Counted from the whole stretch's first letter, positions 1 through 11,312 are shown. The stretch: 62,886 nt of DNA, filler included, from Octopus bimaculoides (GCF_001194135.2; 4 parts of 4 records of this genome joined end to end with filler, not necessarily neighbours in it), one strand, 5' to 3'. Notes: generated by a model not told the origin, from the sequence alone. Numbers and translations: made by a program.

Positions 1-8
1 ATATACAA

Positions 9-560
9 TACAAATAATATGTGAGTATATGCATATATACGTACATGTATGTACATACTACATCTACATGTATATATAGATGCATATCTGGGTACAGGAC
101 GTCACAAGAAAACGTGGAAAAATGAGAGACAGAACATGAACAGAGCACAGAAAACACACAGGCCACACAGAGAACATTTCCTTCATCAGCTGCCACCATT
201 CTAAACTAAGCGTTTCGAAGAGTTAGGGCAGGACACATTGTTAGAATGGCTCTTCCCGCGGAAACAAATTAAATTTGTAACGCGGAGGAATATAGTGGCG
301 AACAGAAAACACAACAAGAAACGAAACAGGGAAAATAAACAAGAATGGCTATAAGGCCAGACGTGAAAAAAATATATATTTATACTGAACGCTGTGATGT
401 GACGAACTGAAAGGAAGAGAGAAGAAGAAAGTTCGTGCGAGCTTGGCAATAGCCAAGATAAGAAAGGACGTAGTAGCCGGACACATGTGACCAGTGAGGG
501 GTAAGGAGAAAGAGTGGTAGAGAGAGAAATGTATATGTATATACATACATACATGCACAC
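9..560. repeat. Interspersed repeat family P1 (possibly Penelope pLTR-like)
   Basis: 9-215 is closely homologous to 20741-20950 (shared acaaataatatgtgagtatatgcatatatacgtacatgtatg ... catttccttcatcagctgccaccattctaaa). The minus strand carries GAAAC...CTGATGA. Confidence 0.55.
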
Positions 561-980
561 ACACTCTCTCACACACATACATATATACATGTACAAAACA
601 ACAACAGTAGTATTTGATCTCTTACTGTGTGCAGAGATGACGCAAAAGCCATAGAACATTCAAGACTGAAAGATTGTCCTCCAACATGAGCCTGGCTGTG
701 ATAACCAGAAAACAACCTAAAGAACTGAAAACATGCCATAGACTTCGATAAGAAAAGACGAAAATACTTTTGTTCGCAATACACCAACACACACACACGA
801 TGGGCGCGAATACTCACGCACGCATATATAGATATGTATATATGACCATACACGCAGACAGACACAGATCCAACGCGGAATGTCAATGAGAATATCAGAC
901 ATCATTTGAGAAACAAATAGAACTATACAAGCAGTTTCTACTCTCGCGTATGAGGTTTTACAATACACGAAAACACACAC

Positions 981-1335
981 ATGCACACGCACACGCACAC
1001 GCACACGCACACGCACACACACACACACACACACGCACACACACACACACACACATACAACTCACATGCACGCATGTACAATATATATGTCGTATTTTAC
1101 AATACTGACTCCAGACCGGCATTTTGTTTCACATCACTACATAAACACAAACGCACACACACACGCACACACACGCACACACACGCACACACACGTTCTT
1201 ACATGTAAAACTGCACTGTCTTACTCACTGCTATTGGATTTCATAACAAACATGAGTACATTAATATATACACGAATACGTACAGGTTCATTATATATAT
1301 TTCATAAACACACACACACACACACATACACACAT
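981..1335. repeat. (CA)n/(CACG)n compound microsatellite
   Basis: Direct reading; source of the HTHT/CVCV ORFs. Confidence 0.9.
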
Positions 1336-1340
1336 ATATA

Positions 1341-1505
1341 TAACGAAAACAAAAAATGGAACAAGAACGTAACAGGCAACAACAAAACATCCGGCTAGTT
1401 AGATGATACAAAAAAGGACACGAAAAATCAAAGACGGGTCATTCGGAGCATCCTATCTTCAATCGAGTTCCAGATCGTCTTTGCAGTTTCGGCCAGTTAC
1501 ACTCG
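1341..1505 (-). repeat. Interspersed repeat family P2, copy 1
   Basis: Reverse complement matches 11036-11190 (ggccgaaactgcaaagacgatctgg[a/t]actcga ... ctccgaatgacccgtc). Confidence 0.7.
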
Positions 1506-1550
1506 ATACACGCATATGTTTGAAAGTATGTATGTGTATCTATCTATCTA

Positions 1551-1581
<31 letters not shown>

Positions 1582-2253
1582 NNNNNNNNNNNNNNNNNNN
1601 NNNNNNNNNNNNNNNNNNNNNNNNNNNNNNNNNNNNNNNNNNNNNNNNNNNNNNNNNNNNNNNNNNNNNNNNNNNNNNNNNNNNNNNNNNNNNNNNNNNN
1701 NNNNNNNNNNNNNNNNNNNNNNNNNNNNNNNNNNNNNNNNNNNNNNNNNNNNNNNNNNNNNNNNNNNNNNNNNNNNNNNNNNNNNNNNNNNNNNNNNNNN
1801 NNNNNNNNNNNNNNNNNNNNNNNNNNNNNNNNNNNNNNNNNNNNNNNNNNNNNNNNNNNNNNNNNNNNNNNNNNNNNNNNNNNNNNNNNNNNNNNNNNNN
1901 NNNNNNNNNNNNNNNNNNNNNNNNNNNNNNNNNNNNNNNNNNNNNNNNNNNNNNNNNNNNNNNNNNNNNNNNNNNNNNNNNNNNNNNNNNNNNNNNNNNN
2001 NNNNNNNNNNNNNNNNNNNNNNNNNNNNNNNNNNNNNNNNNNNNNNNNNNNNNNNNNNNNNNNNNNNNNNNNNNNNNNNNNNNNNNNNNNNNNNNNNNNN
2101 NNNNNNNNNNNNNNNNNNNNNNNNNNNNNNNNNNNNNNNNNNNNNNNNNNNNNNNNNNNNNNNNNNNNNNNNNNNNNNNNNNNNNNNNNNNNNNNNNNNN
2201 NNNNNNNNNNNNNNNNNNNNNNNNNNNNNNNNNNNNNNNNNNNNNNNNNNNNN
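1582..2253. other. Assembly gap (N run)
   Basis: N run flanked by (TA)n. Other large gaps at about 3665-3940, 8851-9003, 21021-21359, 23049-23465, 32341-32993 and 49178-49436, most bordered by microsatellites. Confidence 0.99.
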
Positions 2254-2368
2254 ATATATATATATATAACAGTTTGCATAAAAGGATAACACAGTATCCC
2301 ATCTAAAAATAAAAATATCTTTTAAAAATCAAAAAGTGTGAACTAGATTATGGCTTGGGGATAACAGT

Positions 2369-2660
2369 TTACTCAAAGTAGCCGTCCTCAGCTTCCACCA
2401 TGGCCTCAAGACGGCTCTGGAACCTGACGCATGTCATTCTCACTGCGACCCTGGGAAAATCTTCGAAAACCACTTTGACCTTGGCCACCAGCTTGGCCTT
2501 GGTTTTGCAGACAGAGTGGTTTGTGTCATTCTCAGCTGCTCCCCTACACATATTAGTCCATGGGATTACAACTGGGGCAGTCAGCAGGCCAGAAACTGAA
2601 GCTGGCGAAGTCATAGAAATTCACCAACAACCACTTCTGAACCTTCTCAGAGGCGCGACC
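2369..2660 (-). mobile_element. Tc1/mariner (maT/DD37D-like) transposase C-terminal remnant
   Basis: Minus translation with stops and a frameshift: KVQKWLLVNFYDFASFSFWPADCPSCNPMD*YV ... KTKAKLVAKVKVVFEDFPRVAVRMTCVRFQSRLEAMVEAEDGYFE*. Matches the WPPxSPDxNPxDY motif and the RFxSRLEAVxEAxGGYFE terminus. Confidence 0.8.
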
Positions 2661-3199
2661 TCTACCAGCTTTTACCAATTTCTCGTTGTCCCTGTACTGG
2701 GTTACATGTTAAAAGTAGCACCCAAAAAAAGTGAACTGACCAGTGCGACAGGTTGTATTGGGTTACACCTTACCAGTAACGCCCAAGAGTAACCTGACCT
2801 TGTAGTGAAGTAGGCATTACGACCCTCTGTGCATACATAAGCACATTATCACATATCGAATACAAATTCGAAACCATGTTACGTCCAGCCACACGTATTT
2901 GTTTATTTGTTTCTTCTGATCTCACTATTGTTTCATTTTTATGATAAAATCGTCCGTCTCTGCCCTAATTCTTATTTCCTCCAATGTCACAGGCATTCTT
3001 CAGCCACTGCCTGTAGAGTTAAATTTTGGTCCTGTTCTAATTTTGTTAATATAGAGGAACGTATATCAGCATCTTTTCTTGCTGTTAACCCTTGAATAAA
3101 AACTAGACATTTGAACAAAACTGGGGTTAATTAATTTAATTTAAATTTTCTGTTAACGACGAAATCTTCATCACTTTAGTTTTTTAACTAAATTTAAAC

Positions 3200-3664
3200 A
3201 TTGCCAACGAGTATTTTTCGTGTTCGCTAGGGGATAACTTTCTTAAAAGTAGTTGCCCTTTCTCGTCATTCCAGTTTTTACATTCTCCTTTGAAGATTTC
3301 TTCGAATTTTCTAAAATATGAAGAAAAAATAGTGCCTTCTTCTGGGTTATAAATAAATTCTCCAATTGAATTTGCTACGCTGTCTGACGAGAATGAACCT
3401 GAAGTATTTTCAGACTTCTTCAACATTACATCCAGTAACTGTTGGTATTGTTGTTGTTGCTGTTGTACTTGTTTTTGTATCTGCTGTTGTTGTTGTTGTT
3501 GTTGCTGTTGCAACTGCACCACGCGAGCCAAGTCTTCCATGTTAAATAATTTTTTCTTTGGCTTCGTACCAAAAAAAACCCAAAAAAGTTTAAACATCCG
3601 ACGCAAGCTTCGAATATCTCGTCGCCACTTTTATATCCTGGTATTGATAAATTAGGTAGTGGAG
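3200..3664 (-). mobile_element. Ty3/Gypsy LTR retrotransposon 5' part: LTR end, PBS and truncated gag
   Basis: Minus strand reads ...ggatata aaag TGGCGACGAG (PBS, 3618-3627), then MEDLARVVQLQQQQ...SFSSDSVANSIGEFIYNPEEGTIFSSYFRKFEEIFKGECKNWNDEK..LLLRKLSPSEHEKY, a typical invertebrate Gypsy gag N-terminus. The LTR runs into the gap. Confidence 0.75.
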
Positions 3665-4139
3665 NNNNNNNNNNNNNNNNNNNNNNNNNNNNNNNNNNNN
3701 NNNNNNNNNNNNNNNNNNNNNNNNNNNNNNNNNNNNNNNNNNNNNNNNNNNNNNNNNNNNNNNNNNNNNNNNNNNNNNNNNNNNNNNNNNNNNNNNNNNN
3801 NNNNNNNNNNNNNNNNNNNNNNNNNNNNNNNNNNNNNNNNNNNNNNNNNNNNNNNNNNNNNNNNNNNNNNNNNNNNNNNNNNNNNNNNNNNNNNNNNNNN
3901 NNNNNNNNNNNNNNNNNNNNNNNNNNNNNNNNNNNNNNNNGAAACCCATCAATGTTGTACTCCAGCATGGCCACCGTCTGGAACAAGTAAAAGATAAAAG
4001 ATGAAAGATTAAAAATTTAAGTAGATGTTAAAGTTATCACACATGTATGTTTGTATTCCTTCCTTGTTATAAAAATTGATGACATCTAGAAATTTCCAGT
4101 ATGTTGAGAGCAATAATTCCAAAAGAAAAAATATATATA

Positions 4140-4704
4140 CAGTAATGCCTCGATACATGAGTTAATTTGTTCCCGGGAACCGCTGGTAAAGCAAAAACTC
4201 TTAAAGCAGAGCAATAATTTCCCATAGTAGCAATGTTATAAATTGTAATTTATTCCCAGAAAAATATTTTACCTATAAAATTTATAATACTCATAAATAA
4301 ATGGCAATAAAACAACAATAGAATGTAAAAAATATTTCATGTAAAGTAAAAAGAATGTCAAGATCATTTATAATAAAAAATATTATTATTATTATCGTTT
4401 TCTGAATCACTTTCACCTGCACTAGACTTGTGCACACTTGTAGACACGAATGCCGATTCACTAGCACTCATAGATGGACTTGTAGATTTCTTTTTAAAAA
4501 ACAAGTCTAGAGTTGCTTGCTTAAAAGAAGCTTTTTTTTTTTTTTTTTTTGCTCTCTATAAATTTCTCGGTAAGACGCAGAAGCATTTGTTATTTTAGTA
4601 GAAACTTTTAGCACTTCGTTTAAATTTGGATCTTGTGCTTGAAAATTAAAGCTCGTAAACCCGGAGTCTCGTAAAGCGTGTCTTCGTAAAGTGAGGTGTT
4701 ACTG
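4140..4704. mobile_element. Non-autonomous pogo/Tigger-like DNA transposon (MITE)
   Basis: Left end cagtaatgcctcgatac; right end revcomp cagtaacacctcacttt. Both ends flanked by TA; no ORF. Confidence 0.7.
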
Positions 4705-5074
4705 TATATATATAAATTGCCTCTAGTTGATAGGTCGATTTGTTCGATTAAACCCTTCAAGGCTGTGCCCCAATATGGCGACAGACTGGAACAAGTGAAA
4801 GACAGAGGACAGAATATTTACAAAGATGTTAAAGTTATCACACATGTATTTTAGTATTCTTTGCTTGTTTTAAAAGTCAAAAGCATTTACAAATTTCCAG
4901 CACGTGGAGAGCAATAACTAGCTCCAAATAAAAGTTATAGATTGCTCCTTGTTAATTCTAATCTCAATGAATAACGATTTGTACGTTTCATTAAGAAACA
5001 ATGAAACGTTTTTCTATTATCTACAACTTGTAATATATTCTTTGCATACAACCTTCTACCACAATTATTTCTAA

Positions 5075-5230
5075 AGCCATGGAGCAGTCTAAATACAGGA
5101 CGATGGTATAATGGAAATAAAGTTATGTAGAATGTAAGCATGAAAACAGAAATAATCCTTTTAATAATAGGCGCCTTGGGAATGATAAAAAAAAAATGAA
5201 TACCGAGATGCAGACAAATATATAGTTTTC
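5075..5230 (+). mobile_element. RLE-type non-LTR retrotransposon endonuclease remnant (R2/R4 group)
   Basis: Frameshifted EQSKY...MEIKLCRM(W)SMKTEIILLIIGALGMIKK, matching the recalled KxSKYKDLxxEIxRMWxxKTxxxPxIIGALGxIKK motif. Confidence 0.6.
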
Positions 5231-5339
5231 AACTTGCAATGAACACGCCTCACATTTAGCCCATTGGTTACGGTACCGCCTTTGCTCGAAGCAGGCAAAT
5301 GCCCAAGGACTTACACGTATTTACAAAAAAATAACACAA

Positions 5340-5353
5340 CGACACACATACAG

Positions 5354-5391
<38 letters not shown>

Positions 5392-5600
5392 ACACGGACA
5401 CACATGGATATACACATACATGAACACACATACACACATGGACAAACACATGGACAACCACATATGGACATTCACATATGGACACACACACACACACACA
5501 CACATAGGCACACACACACACATGGACACACACACAGACATACACACAGGCACACATGGGTACTCGCACACACACATACACATGGACACACACACACACA
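5340..5600. repeat. (CA)n-based degenerate minisatellite with recurring catggaca units
   Basis: Direct reading. Confidence 0.8.
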
Positions 5601-6314
5601 TTAGCGCAGACATTACTAAAAACGTGTATGTGTTGTTGGTGATGATGATGTGGTCAGAATCTATAAAATCCAAGAGAACATGAAATAATTCTTTTCTTAA
5701 AACGTTGGATCTTGAAGCAGATAAGATATAAATAATACGTATGTCTGTCTGTCTGTCTGTCTGTCTATCTGTCTGTCTGTCTGTCTGTCTGTCTGTATGT
5801 ATGTATGTATGTATGTGTGTATTTGTCAGGGACTATGTATCAGGTCACTTGTGACGTGTCTCATGAGTGCTACTGGTAACATGGAATCCAGAATAACCTG
5901 TTCTGTGGCCAGTTCGCCGGCGACTAAGCCAGAACCCCCATTAGGCCTGACTGGTGAGGAGGGCCGCTAGAAACTCAGCAGAACTAAAAACAAAACCTAT
6001 CAAAAGGACGTGTGAATCTAGTGTAGGTTTAGTGACTATCTAGCTATAGCACGGGCCCTCAGAAATTCTGGGTTGGTGTCTAACAAGCTGGAAGACCACT
6101 GGGAGTGAGGCACCTCTCAGTTTTTGTTAAAGCATGTCTCTAGGAGACGGTCACTCTGATATAAAACCAACTACGCAGGGAATGGCATTGAACATTCTGG
6201 GGATCTTTTGCTTGCCGTGGTCTGTCTCTGGATCATGTCGGTTGGACAGAGGGTCTGTGAGGTGTTGTGCAAGCCTTATTGGACCTACAATTTTTGGTTG
6301 CGCAGTCGCCAGCA

Positions 6315-6660
6315 GTGGTGGTGGTGGTGGTGGTGGTGGTGGTTAAGAGGAGGAAGGGGATGATGAAGAGAAGGATGGAGGATGAAGTAGAGGATGAAGA
6401 GGATGATGAAGTAGAGGATGATGAAGTAGAGGATGATGAAGAGGAAGAGGAAGGGGAGGACGAATTGGACGATGAAGTGGAGGACGAAGAGGAAGAGAAG
6501 GAAGTAGAGGAGCATGAAGAGGAGGATTAAGAAGAGGATGGAGTAGAGGATGAAGAAGAGGACGAAGAGGAGGATGAAGAAGAGGAGAAAGTGGAGGAGG
6601 AAGAGGAGAAGGGGAGAAGGAGGACAAGGGAGAGAAAGAGGACAAGGGGAAGAAGGAGGA
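6315..6660. repeat. (GGT)n followed by purine-rich GAG/GAT/GAA low-complexity tract
   Basis: Direct reading; produces the acidic and Pro/Leu ORFs. Confidence 0.85.
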
Positions 6661-6830
6661 GAAAGAGAAATTATTTATTTTATATATATACACACACACA
6701 CACACACAAATATAGACATATTCACACACTCACACGCAAACACATACAAACACACATCTATATATAAAAGAGAGAAAAAGAGAAAGAGAGAGTGAAAGAA
6801 AGAAATTTGCATGAAAGAAAGACAGACAGA

Positions 6831-6902
<72 letters not shown>

Positions 6903-7049
6903 TTTAAAAGTATAGAAGTTTCAGAAGGTTGTTTTAGCAAAGTCAGAGCGCAGACGTTGGACTAAAATATACGAACGAACACGTCTTTAGATGTAATATA
7001 CTACTTTCAAGATATCCTAAATCACTGCATTGAAAAATCAAATAAAATA

Positions 7050-7945
7050 GAAAGACAAAAATACAAGCCGACGGAAGAGCTTTGAAGAAGAAATAAGGGA
7101 ATACTCGAGAGAGAGAGATATAAGGGAAACCGTCAGTGAAAATAAAGCAACACACTAGAAAAACAAAAATAATAAGAATAATAGTGGAATGCATCAACGG
7201 TGATACTGGAAGAATATCACAAAATATAAGCACAACACTCTTCTAGAAACTGAAGATACATCGTATTGATAAAGCAGTTCCAGTATTAAGGATTTATAGC
7301 AAGAAAAGGGCACGAGAGGGGAAAATAGGAATGTAGTTAAAATGATAAAGGAAGATAACAAATGATGATTCCCTTAAAAGGAGTAACGTTTTACAATGCG
7401 AATCACCCACCACTTCAACATTTTAACTGGTGCTGACACCCATAATAGATATCCCAAGCCCACCTGGAAGAAACTACAATTATTGTAAACCATCCCTCTG
7501 TGTTAGGGATGGAAACCAATTAGAGACTCAAACAAAAACAATCGAAGAATTCAGGGAATATATTTACAAGAACATAAAAGAGCCGAGAGAAATTCCTCTT
7601 AAATTAAAACCAATATAGACTAACAACGACTGACAAAATTAAGGCAGGTAAAGGTTTACAAATCCAGCAAATGAAATATGAAGAAACATTAAAAAAAACT
7701 TCACAGCAGTTGAAAACGTAGTCAAACAAAACGAAGAGAGTCAACCAAACAATCACAACTAAAGCAGTGTTAACATGTTTAATGCTGGAAGCATTAAAAT
7801 CTACCAGGAAATAATTATGTGGTGAAGTAAAAGCAATATTTCGTATGTGTATTTCGTGTGCAAGATTCTTGATGTGGATACGTGTGTTGAAAGAAATACA
7901 ATTAAACCTTGGGAGAGGCATTATGCCGGTAATAAACACACGCAC
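7050..7945 (+). mobile_element. Highly decayed LINE ORF2-like remnant (uncertain)
   Basis: KPSLCVRDGNQLETQTKTIEEFREYIYKNI resembles the APE-RT linker; multiple stops and frameshifts. Confidence 0.25.
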
Positions 7946-7962
7946 TGGTTCAGTCCTTTATT

Positions 7963-8022
7963 AATTTATATAGTGTTTTGTTAAATTATTTCATTGCACT
8001 CTTGCAATCTCTTCAGTAACTT
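7963..8022 (-). ncRNA. Degenerate type I hammerhead ribozyme-like motif
   Basis: Minus strand: aagtta CTGAAGA g attgca-agag-tgcaat GAAA ta-(14 nt)-ta-T-A taaatt. Perfect 6-bp stem II, 3-bp stem III, stem I with one mismatch. Confidence 0.4.
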
Positions 8023-8476
8023 GTCTCTCCACTAACGTTATTTTACTTATTGCATCGTATTAGAGTGACAACTCCGGACATGTTTCGGTCATATTAGAAT
8101 CAATAAATACATATATACCTAAAGTATTGTCATGCCTTGGCCCCACGATTTCTGGTGGAGTCGTAGGGGTGCTGTTGCGACAGAACGGCGTGTATTGGGT
8201 ATGTCACGACGAAGGACCTCATCCTTCTCTACACCTGATTACAGTCGATTTCTTCGTGAAAGAGAGAGAGGCTGTGTAAAATGTATAATATAAAAAGATA
8301 CTAAAATATAAGAATAGAGCTGAATGATAAGCTAATACAAAGATAGCAACAGATTCCTTTCGAGGTTAGAACTAAAGGAAGACGGGGAATATACTGTCAT
8401 TAAGTTATACAAATGTATAACAGTTCTGGTCTAAAATCAGAAAGTGAAGGTCGTATCAGCGTTACACAATACCCGA

Positions 8477-8850
8477 GTGGAGGCGCAATGGCTCAGTGGT
8501 TAGGGCAGCCGACTCGCGGTCGTAGGATTGCGGTTTCGATTTACAGATCGGGCGTTGTGAGTGTTTATTGAGCGAAAACACCTAAAGTTCCACGAGGCTC
8601 CAGCAAGGGAAGGTGGCGAACCCTGCTGTACTCTTTCACCACAACTTTCTCTCACTCTTACTTCCTGTTTCTGTTGTGCCTGTAATTCAAAGGGTCAGCC
8701 TTGTCACAATGTGTCACGCTGAATATCCCCGAGAACTACGTTAAGGGCACACGTGTCTGTGGAGTGCTCAGCCACTTGCACGTTAATTTCACGAGCAGGC
8801 TGTTCCGTTGGTCGGATCAACTGGAACCTTCGACGTCGTAAGCGACGGAG
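8477..8850 (+). mobile_element. tRNA-derived SINE, family A
   Basis: A box (tggctcagtgg) and B-box-like ggtttcgatt. Nearly collinear with 37913-38296; 3' end runs into a gap. Confidence 0.9.
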
Positions 8851-9990
8851 NNNNNNNNNNNNNNNNNNNNNNNNNNNNNNNNNNNNNNNNNNNNNNNNNN
8901 NNNNNNNNNNNNNNNNNNNNNNNNNNNNNNNNNNNNNNNNNNNNNNNNNNNNNNNNNNNNNNNNNNNNNNNNNNNNNNNNNNNNNNNNNNNNNNNNNNNN
9001 NNNTTTATTTATGTTGGAATACCTTTTCCCAAGAAGAAAATTCAGCGCCCTTGACTTTTACCGAAACTCTGAAATTGAGTGGAGTAAAAGGATGATTATC
9101 TTTGATATTCTCAGACCAGAGTTCTGCTCCTGATGTTTGCAATGGAGTGAACTCAAGGGGAAGGTGGCGGTGATGTTGAACTGGACGATGGTTTAAGCCC
9201 ACGATCCAAGAATACATATGATTTTTTGCATAGCTTTCATTCACAAATCATAGTCGACTCAAAGTTATTGTTTCACAAAATGGGATCGATCGATCGATCG
9301 ATCCATCCATCCATCCATCCATCCATCCATCCATCCTTCCTTCCTTCCTTCCTTCCTTCCAGAGAAAATAACGGTTCCTGTTAATTTTAAGGAGAACAAT
9401 GTGATGCTGTTGTGGTCTTTAAAATTGACATTGTTCCCTCTACCATTCTCTGTTATGCCCCTCTTCATTGCATCATTTATTCAATCCTCGATTATGTCAT
9501 AGGAGTTTCGAACTTACAGAGTTTCCGTACTTCTAGATAGCAATAAACGCATTTCTACTGAAAAATTATTCTTTTTCCAATTGCTCGAGAAAGAGGCCAA
9601 GTGCCTAAAGCACTTCATTTGCAGACTTATCTCATTGCTATTTGCAGACTTATCTCATTGCTGCTGAGGGCGATGGGGGATTAATATAACTTGAATTTGA
9701 TGCCAATAAGACAAAGAATACCTAGGATTCGGAGAGGCTGCTTTAAAAAAAAATCAGGGAACACAACCGAAATAACACTGAAATGATACCACTATCTGTT
9801 TATCAAACAATATATATACACCGTTGAAAGACACAATGCTGTGGTTTTTGTCAGAGAGAAAATCTCAGGAAACAGTGAATAACAAATTTACTTGTACTGG
9901 GAAAGCAATGCCTGGTAAATGTATTGTTCACTAATTTCTGCATTTATCAGTGAATATATTACTTGCTGTATTCTATATAGCGAAGCATGA

Positions 9991-10700
9991 CCGGTGGGAG
10001 CAAATGGTTAGTAGCACTAACCTTAGGCGTACTAGAGCTTATCTGCCCAGTACTTGGGTTTCCAGTAGAAGAACACCTCCAGTGCCCTTGCCCACTTAAC
10101 TTGTTTCTACTAATAGATGCAATAATGGAGGCCAAATTTGGCATTACTGAGTAAGAGAATTTGATGGCAGATATATTGCTCCCACCGGACGTATCGAACC
10201 CCAGTAATGAGATAGGTGAAAGAAAGAACGTGGGAAGCCAGGCGAATAATATTGATAGTAACAATCAGGTTTGGGATGGCTCTGGCAAATCATGTAATTG
10301 TAGAAACCCTGGGTTATGCCCCCCTTGATGGGTTCTGTCTCATTACTAATGCAATATATAAATGCGTTGTTAAAGAGGAGGGTAATTTAGAATTTTATAC
10401 AGGCAGTACGGTAAAATTTAAAGCTAGGTATAGGGCTCATATGAATTCGTTTTCGAACGAAAAATATTGTAATTCTACTACACTTGCCTCTTATATACAC
10501 GGTTTAAAGAAGAATAAGAAAAGGAGGACCCCTTACTCCAGAGTAAATATAAATAAGTGTAAGTTATGTGTAAGGGAATCCCTAGCCGTCTTTAAGTCTT
10601 TTGGGTGATCCCTTTCTGCAACCATAGGTTTTCGTCTACCTTTTTTAAAGTGTATAGAAATAAAAATGGTTGTAATAAAATTGTTTAGGTTTACGGGGAT
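9991..10700 (+). mobile_element. 5'-truncated, 5'-inverted Penelope-like element (Naiad-type GIY-YIG)
   Basis: Plus 10176 onward: LLPPDVSNPSNEIGERK...KSCNCRNPGLCP(fs)LDGFCLITNAIYKCVVKEEGNLEFYTGSTVKFKARYRAHMNSF...STTLASYIHGLK...CKLCVRE...CNHR. Minus 9991-10175: IKFSYSVMPNLASIIAS...NHLLPP. Confidence 0.85.
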
Positions 10701-10830
10701 TTGAAACCGGCGAGTTTGAATTTCTATTAACAACAACCACTTGCATGTTTAGCAATAAAATAATTCGATAATTCTTTTGGTGGAGTGTGTTGAAAAAAAT
10801 TGAACTGGTCCGCTGGGTTTAACTTTTAGA

Positions 10831-11035
10831 TTAGCCATGCGCCACCGATGTTATCTAAGGGAAAGGCAAAGGCCGATACAGCTTGGTACCAATGACGTCG
10901 CAACTCGTTTCTACAGCTGAGTGACCTGGAGCAACGTGAAGTAAAGTGTCTTACTCAAGAACACAACACATGGCTCGGTCCGAGAATCGAACTCACTATC
11001 TCATGATTGTGAGTCCGACGCTCTAACCACTGAGC
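10831..11035 (-). mobile_element. tRNA-derived SINE, family B
   Basis: Minus head gctcagtggttagagcgtcggactcacaatcatgagatagtgagttcgattc (A and B boxes), followed by a SINE body. Confidence 0.8.
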
Positions 11036-11190
11036 GGCCGAAACTGCAAAGACGATCTGGTACTCGACTGAAGACTGAAAGCTCCGAATGACCCGTCCTT
11101 GTTTTTTTCCTGTCCTTATTTGTATCGTCTAACTCTCCGAATGTTTTGCTGTCGCCTGTTACGTTCTTGTTCCATTTGTTGTTTTGTTTT
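11036..11190 (+). repeat. Interspersed repeat family P2, copy 2
   Basis: Homologous to revcomp of 1341-1505; contains GAAAC...CTGAAGA. Confidence 0.7.
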
Positions 11191-11257
11191 ATATATATAT
11201 ATATATTATAATATATATATATATTATAATATATACACACACGCACGCACGTACACA

Positions 11258-11312
<55 letters not shown>

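Noticed and set aside
349-1400. ORFs rich in HT, CV, YI and MY dipeptides here and throughout the window
   Set aside because: They are translations of (CA)n, (TA)n and (TATG)n microsatellites.
1403-2302. Long ORFs of 240-300 aa (also at 21 kb, 23 kb, 32-33 kb and 49 kb)
   Set aside because: Their length comes from N runs.
2400-2792. 130-aa plus-strand ORF
   Set aside because: It is antisense to the decayed Tc1/mariner transposase.
6267-6795. Acidic D/E and K/R-rich ORFs resembling nucleolin-like tracts
   Set aside because: Purine-rich low-complexity DNA open in several frames; no splice signals or domains.
8477-8545. tRNA-like sequences (also at 10975-11035, 37913 and 56890)
   Set aside because: They are SINE heads running into SINE bodies; no complete acceptor stem.
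9617-9662. Exact 23-bp tandem duplication (atttgcagacttatctcattgct x2)
   Set aside because: Two adjacent copies with no spacer: a slippage duplication, not a CRISPR array. No CRISPR-like array was seen anywhere.
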